64,000 nt of DNA, taken from positions 35,306-99,305 of the forward strand of contig OY970344.1 in NCBI GenBank assembly GCA_963717535.1, given 5' to 3'. Positions 54,819-64,000 of this stretch are shown in pieces; the stretch's first letter is position 1; each line of letters starts with the position of its first letter. A model generated the notes under the pieces. It was not told where the DNA came from, did no database searches, and was given only the letters and a program-made list of their open reading frames with translations. The position numbers were made by a program, and so were the translations under genes. This DNA comes from an uncultured Verrucomicrobiae bacterium. GTDB taxonomy: Bacteria; Acidobacteriota; Terriglobia; Terriglobales; Acidobacteriaceae.

Positions 54819-55979
54819 CTAATTGTCGTTTCCGAACACATTCTCCACGGCAGTGATGGTGCCGAACAGCCCATTGGCCTCGTCATCGATCCCCGCCGTG
54901 AAGTACAGGCTGGTTGCCGGACCTGCCGCGGCATCATTGCCAAAAGCCAACGCCCACAGCCCGGAGATGACGATCGGCTGGTTGGACGCGCTCATGAGCA
55001 TGCCCTTGAAGTGGCCGGTGACTGGATCGAACGACGCGACCTGCCCACTGCCGAACTGACCGACGAGGATGTCATGGCTGTACACGCCAAAGTCAGTGGG
55101 CGCTAGGGCGAGTCCCCAGGGGGCGTTAAACCAGGCCCCATGCTCGAGCCGGAGGAGGAGCGTGCCCGTTGGCGAGAACACATCCACATAGCCCAGCCCG
55201 GCTCCGTGGACCTCATCTGCGCCGCCGCCCTGTTTCGCGAACGCCACGTAGAGGTTGCCGCCGATATTTTGCACGTTGAACGGAGCGTAGCCTCCCGGCA
55301 AGCGCTCATCGGTGAAGGGGCGGTGTCCCTCCTCGTCGTCGCCGCGACCCTCGCGTTCGGACCCGCGGGGGAGGCTGACGCTCTTGAAGCTGGAATCAAA
55401 GACATCGACCCGGCCACGTTTGAAGTCGGCCGCGTAGAGCAGCGTCTGCGATACCCCGTATAGCTGGGCCGTCGCGGAAGTGAGCCCCTTGAAGACGGAC
55501 TTGCCTTTCTGGTTGACGGCAATGACGGCTGCGCTGCTCACCCCGGGGTTCCAGCCGGAGATGGTTCCATCTTCCGTGGCGAACAAAAAGATGGCGGCCT
55601 TTCCCGGCGCGATCTGGAACGCGGTAGGGTCGCCGTTGAAGATGGTGCCGGTGGGATTTCCAGTTGTGCTGCTGGTATCTGCGGGCGGCACCGTGACCAC
55701 GAGGGATTGCGTCTTCCCCGTGCCGTCGTAGAGGGTGGACAGGCCGGTCCCGTTGTCAGCGATCCACCATGGGCCCTTTGAGCTTCTGGACACGCCCCAC
55801 GGATTGACCAGGTTTGCATCGCGGGTGGGCGCGGCCGAGGCCAGGTTAGAAGTCAGGGGTGTCACGGTGTAGTGCTGCGCGGTTTGTGCCTGGACGCCGG
55901 CTGCCATACTGCCGAGCAGAACGGTGAGGCAGAGGCGGGGGAAACGGTGCGTGTTGTCGGTAGGGTTCCAAAAGCGCAT
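54819..55979 (-). CDS. TIGR03118-family exported protein
   Basis: LVNPWG, WIADNGTG, PTGTIFN, FATEDGTISGW, YAPFNVQ, NAPWG, GLWALAFGN and YFTAGI..EANGLFG. Confidence 0.85.
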   Translation of the reverse strand: MRFWNPTDNTHRFPRLCLTVLLGSMAAGVQAQTAQHYTVTPLTSNLASAAPTRDANLVNPWGVSRSSKGPWWIADNGTGLSTLYDGTGKTQSLVVTVPPADTSSTTGNPTGTIFNGDPTAFQIAPGKAAIFLFATEDGTISGWNPGVSSAAVIAVNQKGKSVFKGLTSATAQLYGVSQTLLYAADFKRGRVDVFDSSFKSVSLPRGSEREGRGDDEEGHRPFTDERLPGGYAPFNVQNIGGNLYVAFAKQGGGADEVHGAGLGYVDVFSPTGTLLLRLEHGAWFNAPWGLALAPTDFGVYSHDILVGQFGSGQVASFDPVTGHFKGMLMSASNQPIVISGLWALAFGNDAAAGPATSLYFTAGIDDEANGLFGTITAVENVFGNDN

Positions 55980-56056
55980 AAGCCTTCTCCTTGGTTGAGA
56001 GAAGACGGGAACTCTTCCTCTCTCCGGGATGGAGGCTAGGCCTGAGGGCGAGCCCG

Positions 56057-56086
56057 ATTGTCACGAAATCGTCAGCGCAGTGTCAA
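56057..56086 (-). promoter_or_regulatory. Sigma70-like promoter overlapped by three 11-bp-period direct repeats
   Basis: Minus strand TTGACA-ctgcg-CTGACG-atttc-GTGACAAT: a perfect -35, an 18-nt spacer and a GACAAT -10, upstream of the TIGR03118 gene. Confidence 0.5.
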
Positions 56087-56847
56087 GATGTCGGCTCTAC
56101 CGCAGGATCGACGAAACGGTAGCCCACGCCGCGTACGGTGAGAAGGTAGAGGGGGTTGGTAGGGTCCGGTTCGAGGTACCGGCGCAGGCGAACGATGAAG
56201 TTGTCGATGGGCCTGGTGTCGGTGTCACTTTGTACGTGCCACACCTCGCCCAGGATCTCCTTGCGGGAGACGACTCGTCCGGGGTGGGTGAGCAGGTAGC
56301 GCAGGAGGTCGGCTTCCATGACCGTGAGGTGGACAAGGAAGCCATCCCCGCGGATCTCCAGCCTGTCGAAGTCGACGGTGCGCTTGCCCACCGTGATCTG
56401 GCCTTGAGGTGGCGTGATTGTGGCTGTCCCAGGCGACACTTCGGCGACGGCGGGCTGCGGCGATCGTGGCCATGAGGTGCGCCGGAGCAGAGCCTGCAAC
56501 CGAGCGAGAAGCACGTTTAGGTCGAAGGGTTTGGGAAGGTAGTCGTCCGCGCCCGCCGCGAAGCCTTCAAGGATGTCTTCACTGCGGCCCCGCGCGGTCA
56601 GGAGCAGGATCGGGGTGTACCGCTCGGCCTGGCGCAGTGTACGGGTGATAGTGAAGCCGTCCGGGCCGGGCAGCATGACGTCGAGGATAACGGCAGCAGG
56701 GCTATTGGCCGGGTCGAGGAGGTAGGCGAGGGCGGAGTCGCCGTCGAGTTCGTGGTGGGTCCGGTAGCCCTCGGCTTCCAGGTTGAAGAGGAGGCCCTGG
56801 GCGAGGTGTTCTTCGTCCTCGATGATGGCAATGAGCGGTTGAGACAT
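56083..56847 (-). CDS. OmpR/PhoB family response regulator
   Basis: IEDE, ILDVMLPG.DG, LTAR, ADDYLPKPF and winged helix IDNFIVRLRRYLE.DP..P..LLTVRGVGYRF. Confidence 0.95.
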   Translation of the reverse strand: MSQPLIAIIEDEEHLAQGLLFNLEAEGYRTHHELDGDSALAYLLDPANSPAAVILDVMLPGPDGFTITRTLRQAERYTPILLLTARGRSEDILEGFAAGADDYLPKPFDLNVLLARLQALLRRTSWPRSPQPAVAEVSPGTATITPPQGQITVGKRTVDFDRLEIRGDGFLVHLTVMEADLLRYLLTHPGRVVSRKEILGEVWHVQSDTDTRPIDNFIVRLRRYLEPDPTNPLYLLTVRGVGYRFVDPAVEPTS

Positions 56848-56890
56848 GGAGGTTCTTGCCCTGGGTCCCTTCTACGACGTCGACAGAGAG

Positions 56891-58827
56891 CTAGGGGACG
56901 ACCGGGAGTTCGATGAAGCTTGCTCTGGCGGGGTTGTGGAAGATGGTTTGCGTGGCTTTCTGGTAGTCGACGGGGTGGGCGAAGAAGATGTTGGGGACGA
57001 AGGTTTGAGGGTTGCGGTCGTACAGCGGGAACCAGCTTGACTGGACCTGCACCATGACCTTGTGGCCGGGCAGAAAGACGTGGTTGGCGTTGGGCAGGGC
57101 AATCTTGTAGGCGAGAGGCTTGCCTGCGGCGAGCGCCTTTGGGTCGCTCAGGCTTTCGCGGTAGCGGCCGCGGAAGATGTCCATCGAGACCGGTAGCTGA
57201 TAGCCGCCCATCTCGGGTTGTCCCGGGTATTCGTCCGGGTAGACGTCGATGAGTTTGACGACCCAGTCGCTGTCTGTGCCTGTCGTCGAGGCGATGAGGT
57301 TCGCGATCGGCTCTCCGCTTACCGTCAGTGGGGCGGTGAGGACGTCGGTGGTGAAGGTGAGCACGTCCGGGCGGCCGGAGAACTCGCGCTGATCGTCCAC
57401 GAGCCAGCGGACCCACGACAGGTTTTCGGTATAGCCGACTGGCTGACTCGGCCGAGCGCGGAAGGGAACCGGCTTGGCGGGGTCGGAGACGTAGGCGTCT
57501 GAGCCTTCATTGGCCGTGGGCTCCGTGAAGCTGAGCTTGCCATTCGCGTGAAGATAGAGCGGCTTGGCGCTGGGCGTATCTGTTGACCTGTGGCCGAGGG
57601 CCAGGTCTGCAGCTGCTCCCACTTGTTGACGCCGGTTTCGAAGGCGTTCACCGGGGCGACGTTCATGGCGGGTGCGCTGTCCTGCAGGTAGTGCGCGAGG
57701 AACGGCGCGAGGATCTCTTCGCGGAAGTAGAGACCCGTGTCGCTGCGGAACTTGATCGGACCGAGCGAATCAGCGTTTTCGATCTCCTGCCCATGGTGCC
57801 AGGGGCCCATGACGAGGAAGAGGTTCTCTTTCGCTTCGGGCTTGTCTTTGAGCGCCTTGTAGACGGCCATGGCGCCGTAGATGTCCTCCTGGTCCCAGAG
57901 GCTGTCGACGAGCATGGTGGGCACGGTGAGGGGCTGGGCCGCTAGTAGTTTGTCCATGGCCTGACCGCTCCAGAAGCTGTCGTAGCTGGGGTGCGCGGTG
58001 ATCTTCTTCCAGAAGCCGATCTGGTCCATGTTGCGCTGCTTGCCAAGCTCCCCGGCCGAGCCTGCGTTCATGTACGTGACGTAGTCGTCAAAGTTGGAGC
58101 TCAGCCAGCGGATCTCGTTGGAGCGCGTCGCAGTCTGCTCGAAGATGTACGGCATGTTCTGCTCGCGGAAGGCGCCGTTGTGGAACCAGTCATCGCCCAT
58201 CCAGCCGTCGACCATGGGATTCATCGGCACCACGCATTTCAGCGCCGGATGTGGATGAACGAGCGGCGTGAGCGAGAGGAAGCCGTCGTAGCTGATGCCG
58301 AGAATACCGACTTTGCCGTTGGTCTCGGGGACGTGCTTGACCAGCCAGTCGATGGTGTCGTAGGTGTCAGTGGACTCGTCGACCGGTGTGGGGTTCAGCG
58401 GACCGTGGAAGGGGCGATTCATGACGTAGTCGCCTTCGCTGCCATACTTGCCGCGGATGTCCTGAACGACGCGGATGTAGCCGCCGCTGAGGATAGTCTC
58501 GACAGCGTTGTCGTAGCCCCACAGGCTCGTGCCGAGGTGCACGCTGGGTGTGTTGGTGGTGAGCAGGACGGCGTTGTAGGGCGTGCGAGTCATGAGGATG
58601 CCGGCGTGCTGCGCGCCTTTAGGCACCAGGATGACCGTGTGAAGCTTGACCTTGTCGCGCATGGGGATCATGACGTCACGGCGTTCGAAGTCCATGCCGG
58701 CTGTGGGCTGCTGGAAGGCTTGTGGAGTCTCACTGGGGTAGTTGGGGTATAACGGCGCTTGCTGCGCGAGGGCACTTGCGGCACTACACAAGGACAAACC
58801 AACCAACAGCTGCGATACGCGCGTCAC
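56891..58827 (-). CDS. CocE/NonD family hydrolase (alpha-amino acid ester hydrolase-like), frameshifted at about 57575-57605
   Basis: RTPYN, QDIRGKYGSEG, GISYDG nucleophile, DGWMGDDWFHNG and GPWHHG. The C-terminal PepX_C domain is in another frame (56891-57622). Confidence 0.9.
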
Positions 58828-58909
58828 GAGCACCTCTGACCAACAGGGATAACCGCAACGTATCACGCCGGAGCAGACGGAGGCCTGCATTCAATGGCGG
58901 TCCGGTGCC

Positions 58910-59860
58910 TTACTCCGGAACGGCAGCGTGAAAGCGCTCCGGATCAATGCCGAGGGTGCCGGTTTTGGGGTCCTGGATGTACTGGTCGGCGTACCGCGCG
59001 CCCCAGACGAACTCCTCTGCGGTATACGAAACGCGGGCGTAAATAGGCTGGGAGCTGTTCTGGTCGATGCCGCGAATTTGCAGCATGAGTTCGCCGAAGG
59101 TCTCGCGGAAGCTCCGCTCGGTCATCCCGTGGAACGGGCTTTCCGGCGTGATGAAGTGGGCGACGGTCCAACTCAGGGGCAGAAAGGTGATCCTGCTCCT
59201 CTCGATGGGCAGGACGTGAAAGCGCCGCGCTTTGTGATCGCCGGGGTCGCGGAACCAGGCGATCATGGTGGCTTCAACCTCCAGAACCTCGTTGCGCGTG
59301 AGGTTGCGGAGACGCATCAGGACAGCCGGTTTGTTGTTAAGCCGGACCACGCCGCGTTCGCTGAACTCGATGCGAACATTGGGTTTGCTGAAGCGGGCGA
59401 AGACCAGGCCGGTGACCAGCGCCGCATTCAGCAGGGCTGCCACGGCTTGCACAGCGACCAGCGTATTGGCCGCGAGGCCAACGGGCACGACGTTTCCGTA
59501 GCCGATGGTGGCGAAGGTATGCACGCTGAAGAAGAAGGCCTGCGATAGCCGGCCAACTTCCAGTGAAGGACCCGCGGTGACCAGCGCTCCCCGGCCGCAG
59601 AGCAGGTACCCGGCGCCGAAGAGCACGTTCGCCGCCGCGAAGATGGTGATCACCAGGCAGAAGAATGCTGGCCAACTGATGTTCAGCAGCGTGCCGTAGC
59701 TGAGGTGATCCAACAGCGTCTTGCGGTTGCGCTGAACGTTGAAGGAGCCATCGCGGTTGATGAGACGCTCGCCGCGCTGGCCGGCCATGACCGTGCCAAA
59801 GCCCAGGTCATCGGCCGCTTTGTCCTGAGATTGGGCTAGTTGATCGTTCGCGTCGGGCAC
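58910..59860 (-). CDS. KirBac inward-rectifier potassium channel
   Basis: GERLINRDGSFNV, FFFSVHTFATIGYG filter, GLVFARFSKP, LSWTVAHFITPESP and SY...E..WGARY. Confidence 0.92.
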   Translation of the reverse strand: MPDANDQLAQSQDKAADDLGFGTVMAGQRGERLINRDGSFNVQRNRKTLLDHLSYGTLLNISWPAFFCLVITIFAAANVLFGAGYLLCGRGALVTAGPSLEVGRLSQAFFFSVHTFATIGYGNVVPVGLAANTLVAVQAVAALLNAALVTGLVFARFSKPNVRIEFSERGVVRLNNKPAVLMRLRNLTRNEVLEVEATMIAWFRDPGDHKARRFHVLPIERSRITFLPLSWTVAHFITPESPFHGMTERSFRETFGELMLQIRGIDQNSSQPIYARVSYTAEEFVWGARYADQYIQDPKTGTLGIDPERFHAAVPE

Positions 59861-59896
59861 GCGTCCATAGTAGTTGAGCAGTTGGCCCGACCCTAT

Positions 59897-60800
59897 TTAG
59901 CTGAGAGCCAGGGGAACTTTCAGGAGCATGGTGGTGCCTTGGCCAAGCCCTGGGCTTTGGGCACGGATGTCCCCGCCGTGCTGGCGGGCTATGGTGCGGA
60001 CCAGGAACAGGCCCAGCCCTGTGCCTTTGATTTTCACGCGGTCCGTGCTGTTGGCCCGGTAAAAGCGTTTAAAGATGCGCTTCAGCTCGGTGGCAGGGAT
60101 GCCGAGGCCTTGATCGGTGATGGAAACCAGCGCATAGATGTACTTTTCGATCGAAAGACGGCATGAAATGTGAACGCCGCCGGGGGAGTATTTCACGGCG
60201 TTGTCGAGCAGGTTGAGAAGCGCGGTGCGGAGGTCTTCGGGGATGCCCCACGCGTAGAGGCGGACCTCGCCCGGCAGGTCCTCGACGGTGATTGCTTCGG
60301 GGGGAAGGTTGTGGCGATCGCGGGTCGTGGCGGTGGTTTCGAGCAGGAGTTGGTGTAAGTCCACGCGAGTGCGGTTGGCGGCGGTGCGGGTGCCCAGTTC
60401 GCCAGCTTTCAGGACCTGCTCGACCGTAGCCAAGGAGGCGGTCGGTGTCGGCCCGCATGGTGCGGTAGAACTTCTGCCGTTGCTCTTCGGGGAGCGGGCG
60501 GCGCTCGAGGGTGTCGAGATACAGCCGCAACGAGGCGATGGGCGTTTTGAGTTCGTGGGTGACGGCGTTGAGGAAGCTGTCCTGGCGCTCGTTGCGGCGG
60601 ATTTCGCGGAGCAGGAAGACGGTGTTGAGCACGACGCCCGCGATCAGGATCCCGAACAGGATCACGCCCAGCACCACCCAGGCGACGCGGCTCGTATTGT
60701 GCCGGATCCACGTGATGTTGAGGGTGATCGCGAGCCCGGTGAGGAGGATGCCGAGAGTGAGAAAGAAGGCCTTGGAGGCTCGGCGGCGGGTGAGATTCAT
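59897..60800 (-). CDS. Two-TM sensor histidine kinase, +1 frameshift at about 60432 (probable sequence error)
   Basis: VTHELKTP H-box in one frame. [22 protein letters not shown] and GTGLGL in the next. Removing one T from CTCCTTGGCT restores [10 protein letters not shown]. Confidence 0.9.
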
Positions 60801-60838
60801 GGCTTGGGTGGAAGTATAAAGCGGGTGTTGCCGAAATG

Positions 60839-60870
60839 CAGAGAAGCCGCCCGAGTGGGCGGCTTCTCTG
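60839..60870. terminator. Perfect 14-bp hairpin after the desaturase gene
   Basis: CAGAGAAGCCGCCC-GAGT-GGGCGGCTTCTCTG. The U-tract is weak, so it may be a stability or processing hairpin. Confidence 0.55.
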
Positions 60871-60892
60871 AGCGACGGTGAAGGGTGCCGAG

Positions 60893-61888
60893 CTACGCCA
60901 TGTAGGCGCCTGCGGGTTTGGGGTTCTCGACGTCGAACTTGGCGATCTGAACCTTCTTGGCGAGGCCGACCTTCTCCAGCAACCAGATGCCGTAGTAGTT
61001 GATGTCGAACTCGTACCAGGCAAGACCGTGGCGCGCGCTGACCGGGTGGGCGTGGTGGTTGTTGTGCCAGCCTTCGCCGCCGGTCAGCAGGGCAACCCAC
61101 CAGCTGTTGCGCGAGTCGTCCTTGGTTTCAAAGCGGCGCGAGCCCCAGAGGTGGGTGGCCGAGTTGACCAGCCAGGTGGCGTGCAGGCCGAGCGTGGTGC
61201 GAAGGAAGGTTCCCCAGAGCATCATGCTGACCGCGCCAATGATGTGGTGGCCGGTGGGCGCAACAGCCGCGCCGATGACGACCTGCAGGACGCCGCAGAT
61301 CGTCATCGGCAGCCAATGGTACTGGGACAGCCAGACCTGGCCGCGATCGCGGGTAAGGTCAGGGGCGTAGCGACCCAGCAGGGCGGTCTCCGAGTGCAGA
61401 GCGCGGCCGGAGAGGATCCAGCCGGCGTGCGCCCACCAGGTGCCGTCATGCGGGGTGTGCGGATCGCCTTCGTGATCAGAGTTCTGGTGATGAACGCGGT
61501 GCGTGGCCACCCAGAAGATCGGTCCGCCCTCAAGCGCCATGGTGCCGCAGGCAGTGAGGAAGTACTCCAGCCACTTGGGAACGCGGTAGCCGCGGTGCGT
61601 GAGCAGGCGGTGGTAGCACATGCCGATGCCGACGTTGATGGCGAGGAAGTACATGATCACGCCGGCGGCAAGGTTCTTCCACGAGAAGAAGAACAGCGCG
61701 GCAATGGCGCCGACATGGAAAAGGCCCATGAAGATGCTGGTGATCCAGTTGATGCGGCCTTCCTGGTGCTCGCGGCCCATGCGCAGATCCTGTTTGATCT
61801 TCAGGGCGGCGAGTTGGGCAGAGGTCATGCTGGCAGCGGTGTCGGCGTCTGCTGTCAGGGTTGGATCTGGAAGGGTGCTGGAACTCAT
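60893..61888 (-). CDS. Acyl-lipid/acyl-CoA delta-9-type fatty acid desaturase
   Basis: His boxes YHRLLTH, HRVHH and [13 protein letters not shown] and NSATHLWG. Confidence 0.93.
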   Translation of the reverse strand: MSSSTLPDPTLTADADTAASMTSAQLAALKIKQDLRMGREHQEGRINWITSIFMGLFHVGAIAALFFFSWKNLAAGVIMYFLAINVGIGMCYHRLLTHRGYRVPKWLEYFLTACGTMALEGGPIFWVATHRVHHQNSDHEGDPHTPHDGTWWAHAGWILSGRALHSETALLGRYAPDLTRDRGQVWLSQYHWLPMTICGVLQVVIGAAVAPTGHHIIGAVSMMLWGTFLRTTLGLHATWLVNSATHLWGSRRFETKDDSRNSWWVALLTGGEGWHNNHHAHPVSARHGLAWYEFDINYYGIWLLEKVGLAKKVQIAKFDVENPKPAGAYMA

Positions 61889-61939
61889 ACTGGGTGAATC
61901 TCCTCACTTTCTAGAGTAGTGAGGAGCGCCCGCCCTGTG

Positions 61940-61956
61940 TGTAAGAGTTCTGTAAG
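61940..61956 (-). promoter_or_regulatory. Direct repeat upstream of the desaturase, candidate OmpR-family site
   Basis: Coding strand CTTACA-gaact-CTTACA (11-bp period), 52-68 nt upstream of the ATG. Confidence 0.4.
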
Positions 61957-61994
61957 CTGCCCGGAAGGTTGTAGCCAGGCCTTGGACGAGCACT

Positions 61995-63413
61995 TCAGAC
62001 GAGCGCGTTTTCCCGCTCGGCCACGATGGCCGGGGTGTCCGTAAGCTGTTGCCTTGGCTCGCTTTTCCGCTGCCGGCGGAGATTGGCGGTGCCGAACAGG
62101 CCGATTGCCACAAGCAGAATCACGACAGGCTCGACCGGCTGGCGGTAATCCATGGAGCTGTGCGTCAGGTAATACGGCAGCGGAAAGACCAGGAGGGCGA
62201 CCGCGTAGGGAAGCGCAGCCTGTTTGTCCGTTCGCCACCAGCGCCGGAGGCCGACAAAGGTGAAGAAGGAAAGCACGCAGCAGAACGGGACATTGGGCAG
62301 ATCGAACGGCTCGTATTTAAGGTAGGTCGGGTTCAAAGACCAATAGCCGGTCCAGAAGCGAACCACCCGGCGAGCAGTCGCAACGGCGAAAAACCCGGGG
62401 TGTTGCTTGACGAAGTTGACCGACAGGGTACGCTTTTCGGCCATGTAGCGGACTTCACCCTGCTGCTGGTACCGCTGCATTTCAACGGGGTTGCTGGCCG
62501 GGTGCGCAAAGGCAGAGTTGGACTCGTGCGTATCACCGTTGTTGCCGGCGTGGAACTCTAGCCAGAAGCCGTCGCGAATGAAGAAGTTGGCGTGCATGAC
62601 GCGGTGGTTGCGGATCTGCCACGGCGCGCAGACCGCGAGGAACGCCAGCGAGGCGAGAACCGCTCCGCGGAGCCAGTGAAGGTGGGAGCGCTGGGCCTTC
62701 CATGCCCGGTACATGGCAATCAGCAGGAGACAGGGCAGGAGCGAGGCGACGGACGGATTCGACAGCACCGTCAGGCCATACAGGGCGCCGAAACCCAGCC
62801 AGGCGAAGGGCGTACGCCGGTGTAGCGTTTGCGCAACCAGGAGGCAGCAGGTGAACAGCAGGGAGGTGAGGGCGTAATCCCACACGCGGGTGGCCGAGAA
62901 GTAGATGGCGAAGGGATAAAGAGCCCATCCCAGCGCAGCCAACGCCGCAATACGGCTGTTCACCGCTCGCCGCGCCAGAAAGAAGAGCGGAAGGCAGGTA
63001 AGCGCGGAAAAAAGGCTGTTCAGGCTGAGAACAGCGAACGCAACCTTGATGGTGTTCAGGCCGAAAAAGTGAAACCCGGCGGCAAGGAGGTACGGGTAGA
63101 GAGGCGGCACCAGCGCCGTGGGCCCGGAGAGCGGCAGGAACGGCGAACTGAAACCCTGGCCGAGGAAGAGGCTCCGGGCCGTCCAGCCCATCTCCCAGCT
63201 CTCCCAACCGAAGTCGTTGTAGTCAATGGTGTGATTCGGCGCGTGGCTGAGCAGGCCGGCGACCACTGTAATTCGCAGAAGAAACGCAAACAGAACGATG
63301 CCCGGAAGAAAGAGGCGGCTGGCGGTAATGCGGTCCCATTGGAGGAAGACCCGGTCACGGCGGGTGCGGGGCGGCGCAACATTCCAGGTAGGGCTGTGCG
63401 GGGCGATGAGAAT
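61995..63413 (-). CDS. GT-C fold (GT39/PMT/ArnT-like) membrane glycosyltransferase, true start uncertain
   Basis: GWESWEMGWTARSL..G.GFSSP, PTA.VPPLYP and many TM helices. The frame stays open upstream of the GTG at 63266 through a first TM helix to ATT 63413/ATC 63419, just behind an AAGGGAAG SD. Confidence 0.8.
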   Translation of the reverse strand: MLIAPHSPTWNVAPPRTRRDRVFLQWDRITASRLFLPGIVLFAFLLRITVVAGLLSHAPNHTIDYNDFGWESWEMGWTARSLFLGQGFSSPFLPLSGPTALVPPLYPYLLAAGFHFFGLNTIKVAFAVLSLNSLFSALTCLPLFFLARRAVNSRIAALAALGWALYPFAIYFSATRVWDYALTSLLFTCCLLVAQTLHRRTPFAWLGFGALYGLTVLSNPSVASLLPCLLLIAMYRAWKAQRSHLHWLRGAVLASLAFLAVCAPWQIRNHRVMHANFFIRDGFWLEFHAGNNGDTHESNSAFAHPASNPVEMQRYQQQGEVRYMAEKRTLSVNFVKQHPGFFAVATARRVVRFWTGYWSLNPTYLKYEPFDLPNVPFCCVLSFFTFVGLRRWWRTDKQAALPYAVALLVFPLPYYLTHSSMDYRQPVEPVVILLVAIGLFGTANLRRQRKSEPRQQLTDTPAIVAERENALV

Positions 63414-63597
63414 GGCGATAGCTTCCCTTAAAACAGTAGAACTGTTGCCCTAGTTTACGCGAAGAGGTAGGCGGAACGGGTGATCAGGGTGGTCCTGAGA
63501 TGGCTCCCCGCGAGGGATGAACCCGGTTGCCGCCGCGAACTCCGGGCCGGTGTTGGGGTAGGATCATGGGAGTGATCTGGCGCGCGGGCTGGAGTTG

Positions 63598-64000
63598 ATG
63601 CGATTCGATTCAGACGCGAAATCAACCAGGGTCGCGGCGCTTCTTTGGTCTGCAGTCCTCCTCAGCCTTGTAATCTGGGCTTCTCTCCCCTCCTTTGTCG
63701 GGGGTTGGGATGTGCGTGTTTACAGGGCGGCGATGGATTCTCTGCGGGCGGGGCGTGATCCCTACGCGGATGCCATGACGGTTCAGCAAGCCTATTACGC
63801 TCACCTCGCCCAGCATCAGGGTGACCCCTTGCCGTTCAGCTACATCTATTCGCCGATCACACTGCCCGTTTTGCGCGGGATCGCGGCGGTTCCGTATCGC
63901 ATCAGCGCGGGCATCTACTGGCCCTTGTACGGGGCCTGCGCGTGGATGATCCTGCAGTTCGGACTTTGGGCGTCCGGACCCGGCGAGCGACGCATTCTGT
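63598..64000 (+). CDS. GT87/DUF2029-like membrane glycosyltransferase, N-terminal part (runs off window end)
   Basis: Manual translation: MRFDSDAK...WDVRVYRAAMDSLRAGRDPY...PFSYIYSP. GGAG SD. Confidence 0.75.
   Translation, partial: MRFDSDAKSTRVAALLWSAVLLSLVIWASLPSFVGGWDVRVYRAAMDSLRAGRDPYADAMTVQQAYYAHLAQHQGDPLPFSYIYSPITLPVLRGIAAVPYRISAGIYWPLYGACAWMILQFGLWASGPGERRIL

Noticed and set aside
1-64000. CRISPR array, IS/transposase, integrase, prophage, rRNA or tRNA
   Set aside because: I saw no regularly spaced repeats, no DDE/HUH/tyrosine-recombinase motifs, no phage genes and no tRNA/rRNA signatures. This was a manual read only, so tRNAscan and cmscan were not run.

Overview
High-GC bacterial chromosomal segment, most likely Acidobacteriota (Terriglobia/Acidobacteriaceae-like). 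This is inferred from the tandem acidobacterial VWA proteins, a PNGase A/H+-like amidase, fused LptF-LptG, a Uma2 protein, a PEP-CTERM protein and REP-like palindromes. I saw no rRNA, tRNA, CRISPR array, transposase or phage genes. Main content: (i) a complex I operon nuoA-C-D-E-F-G-H-J, lacking nuoB and nuoI in place and split by about 10 cargo genes; (ii) an OprB/MnoP-like porin and a PepSY-TM gene divergent from a CsoR/RcnR/FrmR repressor with a visible operator, followed by a candidate structured ncRNA and thiG; (iii) the best candidate for an undescribed system, a translationally coupled unit of an Lgt-like diacylglyceryl transferase paralog, two paralogous two-helix microproteins sharing a G-x-C-G-I box, and a tetraether-synthase (Tes/MJ0619)-like radical SAM enzyme; (iv) VWA-VWA-acyl-CoA ligase-acid phosphatase, GH127, and a ClsB/YbhP-like pair; (v) a type-B sdhCAB interrupted by small ORFs and a REP doublet; (vi) assorted envelope genes; (vii) a desaturase, intramembrane histidine kinase, KirBac, CocE, OmpR regulator and TIGR03118 run with matching 11-bp-period direct repeats. 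Four or five genes carry single-base frameshifts that look like assembly errors. Start codons were trimmed by eye where the ORF track over-extends.
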